Positions 36,017-45,788 of a DNA stretch of 64,000 nucleotides are shown here, piece after piece (positions within the stretch are counted from its first letter, which is position 1; each line of letters begins with the position of its first letter). The stretch is from a virus. The stretch spans positions 60,140-124,139 of the IMG/VR virus record IMGVR_UViG_3300042691_038416; one strand, 5' to 3'. The notes under the pieces were generated by a model. That model saw nothing but the letters and a program-made list of their open reading frames with translations. It was not told the origin of the DNA and made no database searches. A program made the translations under genes and the position numbers.

Positions 36017-36795
36017 TGAATTAAACTACCAACATTATGGAATCCCCCATCTCCACAAAACCAATCTGGTTTATATGTGTCAATTTTTATAAGATTCTCA
36101 TTTTCAAGATCAGTTAATATTTGTATTAAATTTTGATTATAATTTGGATTTCCAGAATATTGAGGATTACCATTTTCCATTTGAAATCCAACTGGTTCTA
36201 TATGAGTGAATTTAATATTATTTATTTTTAATAGATCTAAGAATAATTGTTTATCTAAATAAGGTATTTGTTCAACTGAGTAACTAGTGTAGAAACATAT
36301 ATTTTTATAATTTTTTTCTATTATAAAAGAATATAAACTACTCCAATCATAATAATTAAAATGTAAAGATATTATTGGTAAATCATATTTTTTTACTATA
36401 GCGCTACAAACATCTTGTCCTCCTGCTGTGTATTCTCCGGCTATATATGTTACATTTGGATATTTAGAAGAAAATTCTTCATATAACATAAAAATATTTC
36501 TCCCAAATCCACTACCTAATTCTATAACAGCATCAACAGAATCATCTATTTGAGAACCTATAGTTGACATAACAGATTGTCTTTTTAAAGATGCTGCTTC
36601 TTTAATTGTTACTGTTTTAATATTATTATCATATATAATATTTACAGTATTTTTTTCTATAAATTCATTAGATTTAAATTGATAAGCTGGGTTAAATTGA
36701 TCCCAGTAGTTTAATTTAGTTATAAGATCTTTTAAAGATAATTCTTCTGAACTTATTTGGGAAATTAAAGAACCCCAATTTGATTCGTAACTCAT
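36001..36795 (-). CDS. Class I SAM-dependent methyltransferase-like protein
   Basis: VIELGSGFGRN, SVEQIP, HIEP. Confidence 0.7.
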   Translation of the reverse strand: MSYESNWGSLISQISSEELSLKDLITKLNYWDQFNPAYQFKSNEFIEKNTVNIIYDNNIKTVTIKEAASLKRQSVMSTIGSQIDDSVDAVIELGSGFGRNIFMLYEEFSSKYPNVTYIAGEYTAGGQDVCSAIVKKYDLPIISLHFNYYDWSSLYSFIIEKNYKNICFYTSYSVEQIPYLDKQLFLDLLKINNIKFTHIEPVGFQMENGNPQYSGNPNYNQNLIQILTDLENENLIKIDTYKPDWFCGDGGFHNVGSLIQWRKI

Positions 36796-36806
36796 ATTTT
36801 TTATTT

Positions 36807-37496
36807 TTAAAGGTTAATATATAATTTTTCTGCTATTTCAAATTGCCAAGGCCAATCAATATCAAAACATTCAATTTCTTCCATCACAAAGAAATTTGGA
36901 TCTTTTGGTTGTTTAAATGAACCCATATATATTCCATTAGCTACATCTTCAGTTGAACCCGCGTATAATGAGTGAGCTGCTTCATAGCATGTCTCTACAA
37001 ATTTAGTTTCTAATGTTGCTAAGTATTTATCTTCTCCAAAAAAACGATTTATCATAACTCCATCATTATTAAATAAAAATGTTTTCTTTTCAAATACTCC
37101 AAATAATCCGTTTGAATCTACTTCAAGAAACTTGTTAACAAAATTATCTATTGTTTCTACTTTTAAAAGTGGATTACAAGCATTTATAAGTACAAAATAT
37201 TTAAAAGGTAATTTGTCATGCCACTCAAATACTTTTTGAATTGTTACAGGTTCTTGAGTTGATTCTTCACTTCGTACAAAATAGTTGATTCCATATTTAT
37301 TAGCTATATCAATTAATTCTTGATCCATAACTGATAGATAGAAATTTTCTTTAGGAATAATAGATGATTGTAAAACTTTATTTATAGCTATTTCAAATAA
37401 ATTAGAATTAGCAAATGGTTTAAGCATTTTATTTGGAACTCGAGTTGATTGAGTTCTTGCTTGAATAACAAAAATTATATCTTTTATATTTTTCAT
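36807..37496 (-). CDS. Acylneuraminate cytidylyltransferase (NeuA/PseF family)
   Basis: IQARTQSTRVPNKML, CNPLL, FDIDWP. Confidence 0.88.
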   Translation of the reverse strand: MKNIKDIIFVIQARTQSTRVPNKMLKPFANSNLFEIAINKVLQSSIIPKENFYLSVMDQELIDIANKYGINYFVRSEESTQEPVTIQKVFEWHDKLPFKYFVLINACNPLLKVETIDNFVNKFLEVDSNGLFGVFEKKTFLFNNDGVMINRFFGEDKYLATLETKFVETCYEAAHSLYAGSTEDVANGIYMGSFKQPKDPNFFVMEEIECFDIDWPWQFEIAEKLYINL

Positions 37497-37497
37497 A

Positions 37498-38076
37498 TTA
37501 TTTAAATAAATTAAGTATTTGATCTTGAGGAACATCTAAAGATATATGAGCATACGGTTGAAGTCCTCCTCCATTTCTAAAACAGTGAATATTAAAATAA
37601 TCTGGATTTAGCTGTAAACATCCTCCTGGTACTTGATGAGGCTGAGAAATTAGATATTCATTAAATATAAAATTTTTACATCCACGTTTTAATAATTCTA
37701 TGAAGAAATTTTCTTGAGTTTCTTTACTCTCATACATCATAGTACCTTGAGTATAAATTAAACAGTTAGATAAATCTAGTAAAATATTATTAGCATATTC
37801 TGTAAAATCTTTTATTGAGCATTCATGATATTCTAAATTTTCAAATTTATCAACCCATACTATTTCATCAAATGGAGCTATATCAAATCCTATTAATTTA
37901 TATTTATTATTAAAAGGTTTAAAATCTCTTCCAGATGCACAACCAAAATTAATAATGGTATTAATATTTTTTGGTAAAATATCAATTATGTTATATAAGA
38001 ATAGTTCTGGGGTAAGATATTCTTGTTTTTGAAGCTTAAAATAATGATTCCAATTAATCCAATGAGGATAATTCAT
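37498..38076 (-). CDS. Class I SAM-dependent methyltransferase-like protein
   Basis: IINFGCASGR, IGFDI. Confidence 0.7.
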   Translation of the reverse strand: MNYPHWINWNHYFKLQKQEYLTPELFLYNIIDILPKNINTIINFGCASGRDFKPFNNKYKLIGFDIAPFDEIVWVDKFENLEYHECSIKDFTEYANNILLDLSNCLIYTQGTMMYESKETQENFFIELLKRGCKNFIFNEYLISQPHQVPGGCLQLNPDYFNIHCFRNGGGLQPYAHISLDVPQDQILNLFK

Positions 38077-38077
38077 A

Positions 38078-38941
38078 TTAATATATTTTTAAATATTTTT
38101 GTTTTTCTTTTAAATTAATATAATCTTGAGAATTAGGATTAATTTGATTAACTGTAGGGTCATAATTAATATTTAAACCATTTCTAAGCCAAATAGCATC
38201 AGGTCTTAAATATAAAGCATGACTCATACATCTAAATCCTTTAGATACTAAACCTCCTCTATGGTAACCACTATTATTAGTAATAATAACATCTCCTACT
38301 GTACCCTTAAAAGTAACAGCAGCGTTATTACATATCTCAGTTTGTTCTGAGGTCATATTATAACTTCCACCATTACTATATATGTAATCTTCAAAAGTTG
38401 TTTTACCTTGATTTAAAATAAAATTTCCACCACAGTAACTATTAGGTACATACTGTAGTGCTCCATTTTCTTCTTCTACATCATGATAATAGATAAAAAC
38501 TTTCATTAATTTATAATCTTCTCCATCTCTATGCCAGTTTTGAGATCCACTTCTTCCTAAAGGACGTTCACCGTGAATCCAAAATAAAACATTATAAATT
38601 AAAGGATCTATTTTTAAAAATCTAGTAGATAATTCAATAAAATAATCATTTAAATACAAATTAAATAAATCTCCATCTTGTAAAGATAATCCTCGGTTTA
38701 AATAATCATAATGAGTTATTTCATAAAATTTATCTTTATTTTTTATATTTAAACCTTGTTTGATAGTTTCTAATTGGTACTGTATTTCTGGATTTGAAAG
38801 CATTTGATCATAAAAATCACTTGCTTTATTAAAAGATTCTATCCCAGATGAATCTAGAATATCAACAACATTTGTTTTATAATATCCTACTGTCTCTAAA
38901 TTATGTAGTGCTTCTAACACTTTTTGTTCATTGTAAGCCAT
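38078..38941 (-). CDS. PhyH-like 2OG-Fe(II) dioxygenase
   Basis: WHRD, KVFIY..DV...NG...YVP.S, GD.....GYHRG. Confidence 0.8.
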   Translation of the reverse strand: MAYNEQKVLEALHNLETVGYYKTNVVDILDSSGIESFNKASDFYDQMLSNPEIQYQLETIKQGLNIKNKDKFYEITHYDYLNRGLSLQDGDLFNLYLNDYFIELSTRFLKIDPLIYNVLFWIHGERPLGRSGSQNWHRDGEDYKLMKVFIYYHDVEEENGALQYVPNSYCGGNFILNQGKTTFEDYIYSNGGSYNMTSEQTEICNNAAVTFKGTVGDVIITNNSGYHRGGLVSKGFRCMSHALYLRPDAIWLRNGLNINYDPTVNQINPNSQDYINLKEKQKYLKIY

Positions 38942-38951
38942 AAATTTTTTA

Positions 38952-40232
38952 TTAGTTGTTTTTTCTAAAAATTGCTATTGGGCGTTTTCCTTCTAAGACA
39001 CTATCAATATTATTAAGATTTTCACTTAAAAATTTAAATGCTTTATCAGCAGCATCAATTGTTTTTTGAATATCTTTTTTAGTATGAGCGAAACTTATAT
39101 AAATCACATTTGGAAATAATATTCCTTGTTTTACCATTTCTTGGTAAAATAAAGCTTTTAATCCATCAGCATCTGGGTATGTCTCAGAATTAAAAGTTAA
39201 ATTATGTCTAGGAGCGTCACCAGCAAAATTAATATCTAGATTATATTTTTTAGCTGCTTCTTTGATTCCTAAGTCAAGCATATTTCCTAATTCCCAAATA
39301 TAATTGTAGTTTTTAGTTTTAAGTTCTTTAATAGTTTCAATAGCAGCTACTAATGATAAACATTCACCTCCAAAAGTCATAGAATAAAAAACATAATCTA
39401 ATTCTTTCATAAATTCTTTTTTACCAGCTATAGCGGCTAAAGGCATTCCATTAGCTACAGCTTTACCTAAACAACATAAATCAGGAGTTACACCAAAATA
39501 TTCTTGAGCGCCACCTAAACTCCATCTAAACCCAGTTACTACTTCATCAAAAATAAGAACAACTTTATATTTATCACACAAATCTCTTACACCTTGTAAA
39601 AATCCAGGAGCAGGAGTAGTTAATGCTTGTGGCTCAATAATAACAGCAGCTACATCATCTTTTTTAAGTAATTCTTCTAAACTATCTAAATTATTAAACT
39701 CAAATTCATCTATTAAGTCTTTTAAACATTTAGGTACACCATAATCTCTAATTGAAATGGCATGCCAATCTCCCCATCCATGATAACCACCTTTAGGTTT
39801 TAATATTTTTTCTTTACCTGTATATGAACGAGCTATTCTTACTGAGGCTAGATTAACATCTGTTCCGTTTTTACCAAAACGAACTTGCTCAGCACAAGGT
39901 ACCACTTCACTAATTAATTGAGCTAATTCTTGTTCTAATAAAGTAGGCCAAGAAAATATAATACCATTTTTAAGTTGTTTTTTAATAGCTTTATTTGTAC
40001 GATTATGGTTATAACCTAGAATAATTGGTCCTAAACCACACATATAATCAAGATATTTTTTATCATCAAGACCATATAAATAGGCTCCTTTACCTGATTT
40101 TACAAATTTAGGATAAACTCCATCTACAAATTGATCAGGACATTTACTCATTGTTTGAGTACCTCTAGGCATAAGTCTAAGAGCATTATCCCAAAGTTCT
40201 TGTTCATTAATTTTCTTCTTTTTAATTAGCAT
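38952..40232 (-). CDS. Class III PLP aminotransferase (glutamate-1-semialdehyde aminomutase-like)
   Basis: YLDY..GLG, KNGTD, YHGW, LIFDEVVTGFR, LGKAVANG. Confidence 0.9.
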   Translation of the reverse strand: MLIKKKKINEQELWDNALRLMPRGTQTMSKCPDQFVDGVYPKFVKSGKGAYLYGLDDKKYLDYMCGLGPIILGYNHNRTNKAIKKQLKNGIIFSWPTLLEQELAQLISEVVPCAEQVRFGKNGTDVNLASVRIARSYTGKEKILKPKGGYHGWGDWHAISIRDYGVPKCLKDLIDEFEFNNLDSLEELLKKDDVAAVIIEPQALTTPAPGFLQGVRDLCDKYKVVLIFDEVVTGFRWSLGGAQEYFGVTPDLCCLGKAVANGMPLAAIAGKKEFMKELDYVFYSMTFGGECLSLVAAIETIKELKTKNYNYIWELGNMLDLGIKEAAKKYNLDINFAGDAPRHNLTFNSETYPDADGLKALFYQEMVKQGILFPNVIYISFAHTKKDIQKTIDAADKAFKFLSENLNNIDSVLEGKRPIAIFRKNN

Positions 40233-41223
40233 CTTTTAAACCTTTATTTATTAGTTTTGTTAAATAATCTATATCATGATTTAAAAATATACCTGAGTTA
40301 AATTCTTGACCTGTATATTTTTCTAAAATATATTCTTTTTCTGTGTATTGAGGAATAACACAAAGTAATTTATTACAATGTTCAGTTGTGAATCCTGGTA
40401 AGAAATTTGAGTGATATGTGAATGGCAACTCAGTTTTTGCTATCATATCTTCATGAAATTTTTCTCCTGGACGCATTCCTATAGTATTATATTTAATTTC
40501 TTTATTTGTTATTTGAGATAAGGCTTTAATTATAGTTTCCATATCAAATGAGTCAAAATAAGGAATAAATACTTCTCCTCCAATACTATTAATTAAAGAA
40601 GATAATACAGTATTAACTGCATCTTCTAATGTAAATAAAAATCTTGTACAATCCAAAGAAGTAACATTAATACTTTTATTTTGGTTAACTAAATCTAACC
40701 ATAAAGGAATAAATGAACCTCTACTAGCTATTACATTACCGTATCTAACTGAACTAAAAATAGTATTAGGAGAATTATAATCAGAATTTGTAAATAATCT
40801 TTCTGCTGTGAATTTAGATGCTCCATATACATTAATAGGAATACATGCTTTATCTGTAGAAACTAAAATACATTTATCAACGTTAGCTTCCATAGCAGCA
40901 TTAGCAACATTTATAGAACCCTGGATATTTGTTTTAACACATTCTTCAGGATAATATTCCATGTCATCAATACGTTTTAAAGCGGCGGCGTGGATAATAT
41001 AATTCGGTTTATGTTTTTTACATGTTTTGACTAATTGTTCATAATCTCTAACATCACCAATTACTTTAATAATTGATTTATCTTGACCAAAATATAAAGC
41101 TTGTTTACCTTCATCACGACTATAAACAATAATTTTACAATTATATTTTTTAAGACGTTGGATGATAGCTCTACCTAATGAACCTGTTCCTCCAGTAATT
41201 AATATAGTTTTATTATTAAACAT
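40222..41223 (-). CDS. pseB: UDP-GlcNAc 4,6-dehydratase (PseB/FlaA1-like)
   Basis: ITGGTGSLG, SRDE.KQ, HAAALK, STDKA, YGASK, RYGNV..SRGS, RPGEK.HE. Confidence 0.88.
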   Translation of the reverse strand: MFNNKTILITGGTGSLGRAIIQRLKKYNCKIIVYSRDEGKQALYFGQDKSIIKVIGDVRDYEQLVKTCKKHKPNYIIHAAALKRIDDMEYYPEECVKTNIQGSINVANAAMEANVDKCILVSTDKACIPINVYGASKFTAERLFTNSDYNSPNTIFSSVRYGNVIASRGSFIPLWLDLVNQNKSINVTSLDCTRFLFTLEDAVNTVLSSLINSIGGEVFIPYFDSFDMETIIKALSQITNKEIKYNTIGMRPGEKFHEDMIAKTELPFTYHSNFLPGFTTEHCNKLLCVIPQYTEKEYILEKYTGQEFNSGIFLNHDIDYLTKLINKGLKDAN

Positions 41224-42400
41224 ATAAATTTTCTATTTCATTAACAATTCTTTCTGATGCTTTAAAATCATTAAAGTCATCGAATATTTTTAACACTGAT
41301 TTAGCATTAGGAGAATCTATTTCTAACCATTTAAAATTATCATCATAAATTATTAAATTATTTTTAATAATATTAATTAAATTATTTTTTCTATCAATAG
41401 CCTTATCAATAAATTTAGGATCTATTTTATCAACTAACTCTTCAAATGAATTTACTCTCATAATTGGAGCCCAAAAATCATAATGTTTAGTATGATTATA
41501 ATTTTGTAGATCAAATCCTTTTTCAATTCCAATATCTTTAATATCAAAAATAACTGTTTTTTTATTTAACACTAAAGAATAATACATTATTGAACTTATT
41601 ATGCCAACATTTATATCTGAAGCTTTGACTATAGATTGAAATGAGGCTTCATCTTTTATTACTTTAATATAAGGAATATTTTTTAGATTATCAAAATTAT
41701 TTTCAAAATCTTTTGAAAAATCAATATATTCTACAGGATGAGGTTTATAAAATAATTCATATTCACTATGAAGTTTTTCTACTATATTTTTAGTTTTATC
41801 TAAAATCTCATCATGCATAAATTTATTCATAGAACCATAAATAATAATAATTGGTTTTATTTTTTTATATGGTTCTATATCAATAAGACTATCAAATTTA
41901 GAATTACCTACTATTTTAGTTTTATGAGTTACCCAACTAGCTATTTTTTTAGTTTCAAATACCCAGTCACTATGATCAAAAAACATATCTATTAAATTTG
42001 TAGGAAAAGACTTTCTACTATATAATTCTAATTTAGAGTCAATTTCTGAGTATAACCAACTTGAGTTTTCAATACAACATATTAAAGTTCCTAGTTGTTT
42101 AAATTCTACAAACATTGATTTTTCTGGTTCCCAATTTTCTCTACTTACTAGTAATACATCAGGAATAAAAGGTAAGGTTATACCACCTAAAGTTTTAGCA
42201 ATATATGTTTTGTTTGACTCTGTTACATTAGAATCATACATAAAACTATTTAATGAAATGTGAGGATATTGAGTACTTAATTCATTTGTATATAAAAAGA
42301 AAAAATTATGATCTCGTTTTTTTATTTCTTTAACAATGTTAATTAATTCTACAGTACATCTATCACTAGTAGAAACTATTAATATATTTTTCTTTTTCAT
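41216..42400 (-). CDS. GT-B fold protein, candidate nonulosonate transferase
   Basis: VGNSKFD, YKPHP.E, SS...., ASERI; typical of sialyl-/glycerophospho-transferase-like folds. Confidence 0.55.
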   Translation of the reverse strand: MKKKNILIVSTSDRCTVELINIVKEIKKRDHNFFFLYTNELSTQYPHISLNSFMYDSNVTESNKTYIAKTLGGITLPFIPDVLLVSRENWEPEKSMFVEFKQLGTLICCIENSSWLYSEIDSKLELYSRKSFPTNLIDMFFDHSDWVFETKKIASWVTHKTKIVGNSKFDSLIDIEPYKKIKPIIIIYGSMNKFMHDEILDKTKNIVEKLHSEYELFYKPHPVEYIDFSKDFENNFDNLKNIPYIKVIKDEASFQSIVKASDINVGIISSIMYYSLVLNKKTVIFDIKDIGIEKGFDLQNYNHTKHYDFWAPIMRVNSFEELVDKIDPKFIDKAIDRKNNLINIIKNNLIIYDDNFKWLEIDSPNAKSVLKIFDDFNDFKASERIVNEIENLYV

Positions 42401-43359
42401 TTTAATTTTTCAATATCGTTCTCAACCATTTTCTTAACCATATCACTAAAACTAGTTTTTGGAGACCATCTTAACTCAGAGTTTGCTTTAAAATAACTAC
42501 CTCGTAACACATCTACTTCAGCTGGTCTCATAAATCTTGGATCTTGTTTAATATAAGAAGACCAATCTGTTATTCCAACAACTTTAAAAGCCTCATCTAA
42601 AAATTCTCTAATAGATCTAGTTTCATTAGTAGCAATTACATAGTCATCTGCTTTATCTTGTTGTAACATTAACCACATTGCTTCAACATAATCAGGAGCA
42701 TATCCCCAATCTCGTTTAGCATCTAGATTACCTAATGTAATATGATCTGAGAGTCCTAAATGGATTCTAGCTACACCATCAGATATTTTTCTAGTTACAA
42801 ATTCAATACCTCTTCTTTCACTTTCATGGTTAAATAAAATACCACTACAAGCAAACATATTATATGATTCTCTATAATTCTTTGTAATCCAATGTCCATA
42901 TAATTTAGCTACACCATATGGTGATCTAGGATAGAAAGGAGTATTTTCATTAGCTGGATTTTCTACCATTCTACCAAACATTTCTGAGCTTGATGCTTGA
43001 TAGAATTTAATTTTTTCATGACCATACTCTCTAATTGCTTCAAGTATTCTTAATACTCCTAAACCAGTCACATTAGATGTTTGTTCAGGTGTATTCCAGC
43101 TCTCACCTACAAATGATTGAGCTGCTAAGTTATATACTTCATCTGGGTTAGATTCTTTTAATGCTCTTAAAAGTGAATTTTGATCTGTTAAATCACCTTT
43201 TATAAAATTAATTTTACCTTCTAAGTGTTTAATATTAGTTCTATTTTCACCTGAACTTCTTCTCTCTAAACCATATATAGTATAACCTTTTTGGAGGAGG
43301 AAGTCAGCTAAATGACTTCCATCCATACCATTTATACCTGTAATTAGGGCTGTTTTCAT
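42397..43359 (-). CDS. gmd: GDP-mannose 4,6-dehydratase
   Basis: ITGINGMDGS, YNLAAQSFV, QASSSEMFG, SPYGVAK, LFNHES, RDWG.A.DYV. Confidence 0.95.
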   Translation of the reverse strand: MKTALITGINGMDGSHLADFLLQKGYTIYGLERRSSGENRTNIKHLEGKINFIKGDLTDQNSLLRALKESNPDEVYNLAAQSFVGESWNTPEQTSNVTGLGVLRILEAIREYGHEKIKFYQASSSEMFGRMVENPANENTPFYPRSPYGVAKLYGHWITKNYRESYNMFACSGILFNHESERRGIEFVTRKISDGVARIHLGLSDHITLGNLDAKRDWGYAPDYVEAMWLMLQQDKADDYVIATNETRSIREFLDEAFKVVGITDWSSYIKQDPRFMRPAEVDVLRGSYFKANSELRWSPKTSFSDMVKKMVENDIEKLK

Positions 43360-43979
43360 AATGAATTGTAATAACTATTTTGTTTTTCTTGTCTTTCTAC
43401 TGTTTTAGGATGATATAAAGCATAATCTTCTAATCCAGGTAAATGAGCATAATTTTTATATCCATCTAACTTTTCATGAACTTTATTAATCCATTTGATT
43501 TCAGGAGTATTTTTATAAATTCTCCATTGATGATCAGGCCATTGAATCCATCCTTTTTCATTTATTTTCCAACCCCATCTTTTAACATAATTTTCATCTA
43601 CTTTAGGATATAAAGTATTTACTCTAGGAACTAAGATGATATCAGATTCATTGTTTTCTAAAATGAATGGTAAACTTTCTATTAAAGTTATGTTAGGATA
43701 TTCATCAGCGTCAATTTGAAAGATCCAATCTCCAGAACATATATGATTTAACTCATTTTTCCAGTTTGCAAAATGTCCTTTAAATTCACTTTCTTTTAAA
43801 GTGATCCAATTTGCTGATGAGTATCTATAAAGTTGATCTAATAATTCTTGTGATGCTTTTGGTTTATCAAGTAAGACTACAATTTCGTCTTCTTGTCTTA
43901 TATTTTCTTTTAGAAGAGGAATTAAACAACTAATTTCTTCTAGTTCATTACAAACTGTTATAGCATAACTTATTTTCAT
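43356..43979 (-). CDS. Glycosyltransferase family 2
   Basis: ISYAITVCNE, WIFQIDADE, WPD.Q.R, KVHE. Confidence 0.85.
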   Translation of the reverse strand: MKISYAITVCNELEEISCLIPLLKENIRQEDEIVVLLDKPKASQELLDQLYRYSSANWITLKESEFKGHFANWKNELNHICSGDWIFQIDADEYPNITLIESLPFILENNESDIILVPRVNTLYPKVDENYVKRWGWKINEKGWIQWPDHQWRIYKNTPEIKWINKVHEKLDGYKNYAHLPGLEDYALYHPKTVERQEKQNSYYNSL

Positions 43980-44016
43980 ATAATTAAATATATAAAACTT
44001 TTTTTATTAAGCCAAA

Positions 44017-44481
44017 TTATTTTTCTTCTTCAGGAAAAATTCCTATATAAGAAAGTGCTTCCATAAAGTCTTTCATTTCATAATTCATAATAGAACCCAT
44101 ATCCATTCTATATTCATAGAATTGTCCTGGTTTACCTTTGATTGGATATTTTTCTTTTTCCTCTTCAGCTACTTTTACTGCTTTTACAGCTGACCATTTA
44201 GAATCTTCTTTAGAAGTACCATTATAGAACACCATACCTTGTTGAGGTAAATTAATAGTTGTTGGCATCCAAACTAAATCTTCATCATCTGTAAATAAAA
44301 GATCCTTATATAATTCAGGTAAAACAGAAATTTGTTTTTCATAAAATTCCTGTCCTTCTTTCATTAAAGAGTTTGTAGTAAATCCACAACCAAAACAAGA
44401 ATATGTTTTAATTTCAGGACCATTTTCTGTTACATAACAAGCATCTGATCCACAATGCTTACATATTATTAGATTATCCAT
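44017..44481 (-). CDS. Zinc-ribbon hypothetical protein
   Basis: CKHCGSDAC..CFGCG. Confidence 0.7.
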   Translation of the reverse strand: MDNLIICKHCGSDACYVTENGPEIKTYSCFGCGFTTNSLMKEGQEFYEKQISVLPELYKDLLFTDDEDLVWMPTTINLPQQGMVFYNGTSKEDSKWSAVKAVKVAEEEKEKYPIKGKPGQFYEYRMDMGSIMNYEMKDFMEALSYIGIFPEEEK

Positions 44482-45787
44482 TTTCTTCTATTTTTTGCAA
44501 TTTTGGTAACTCAATTTTCTTTAATTGTGGTAATTTAAGTTGAACTTGTTTAGGAAATTCAGGAATACGTTTTAAATATTCACCTAACTTCTCAGTCATT
44601 TTTTCAAAATTAAAATTTGTCTTAGCAAAATATGCTTGACGTTTAGCTCCGTCTGAGTAGTTTTTATAGTTTTCATAAACATCTCTTAAATAAAATCCTA
44701 CTTGACCTAGATCAGGTGAGAACCATTTAAATTCTTTATGTAACCATTGATTAGCTGCGCTTGGATGGACATTTGTTAATGTACCCTCAATTAATGGAGT
44801 AAATTCTTTATTTAAGAAATCTAAATGACCACTCCAATTAGTTGTAATTAATGGTTTTTTACTTTGAGTAAATTCAACTAACGGTAAACCATATCCTTCT
44901 CCTTTAGTCAATGAAACCATTGCTTTAATTTTAGGATGATTATAAATCTCATTCATTTCCTCATCTGTAAATTCACCATGTAATAGATAAACATTAGGTA
45001 AATCAGTTGAATTTACAGTGTCCCGAATTACTTTTATACGTTTCAAAATCTCATCTCTATCCATATAACTAGGACCTACAATAGATGTTTTTAAAACTAG
45101 TGCTGGGCGATTTTTCTTGTTTTTAAAAGTCTCAAAAAACGCTTTAATTAATAGACCTACATTTTTTCTATCCTCGCCTACATCTCCTTGTAACCAATGT
45201 CCTACAAACAGATAACAAAATTCTTCAGGAATTGTATTTAACGCTCCAATTTCTTTATTTGGTGTTTCTAAAAATTTATAGATATTAGTATTCATACCTA
45301 CAAATAATACTTCAACAGGTGTTTTTAACTCAATATTTCCTTCAAACATTTTAGTTTGAGGATTTTGTTTTTGGTATTTAGAAATTTCAAATCCTTTTTT
45401 ACCATGTTCAGATGATACTAGAACTAAATCCATTCTATTACATCCCTCAATCCAATCACCTGGAACTAAATCTGTTTCTAATCCTGCTGTGATTCCAATA
45501 TTGTATTTACCTACTTTTTGGAATTCAGTTGGAATAGTCATCCAAATAAAAACATCAGGCTGAGTTGTTAATTGACCTTGTATCATATAGTCATTTAAAA
45601 ATTTCCACTCAGGATTATCATCAATAAACCCATTTGGAGTATTTCCCCAACCGCAAGAAATAATTTTAATATCCCACTCGTCTTTTTTTAATTCAATTAT
45701 TGATTTAGTAGTGTCACGAGCTAAACTACCATATCCTGATAAGGTATCTACTGGAGCGTAGATTACACAACTATTTTTACCGCTCAT
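44474..45787 (-). CDS. Glycosyltransferase (GT4-like, GT-B)
   Basis: SGYG, DRKN..LIKAF, KGEGYGLPLVEF, T.WSGHLDF. Confidence 0.85.
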   Translation of the reverse strand: MSGKNSCVIYAPVDTLSGYGSLARDTTKSIIELKKDEWDIKIISCGWGNTPNGFIDDNPEWKFLNDYMIQGQLTTQPDVFIWMTIPTEFQKVGKYNIGITAGLETDLVPGDWIEGCNRMDLVLVSSEHGKKGFEISKYQKQNPQTKMFEGNIELKTPVEVLFVGMNTNIYKFLETPNKEIGALNTIPEEFCYLFVGHWLQGDVGEDRKNVGLLIKAFFETFKNKKNRPALVLKTSIVGPSYMDRDEILKRIKVIRDTVNSTDLPNVYLLHGEFTDEEMNEIYNHPKIKAMVSLTKGEGYGLPLVEFTQSKKPLITTNWSGHLDFLNKEFTPLIEGTLTNVHPSAANQWLHKEFKWFSPDLGQVGFYLRDVYENYKNYSDGAKRQAYFAKTNFNFEKMTEKLGEYLKRIPEFPKQVQLKLPQLKKIELPKLQKIEENG

Positions 45788-45788
45788 A

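Noticed and set aside
38952-40232. hemL (tetrapyrrole biosynthesis)
   Set aside because: Same fold, but it is embedded in and overlapping a sugar-nucleotide locus with no other hem genes, so the symbol was not assigned.
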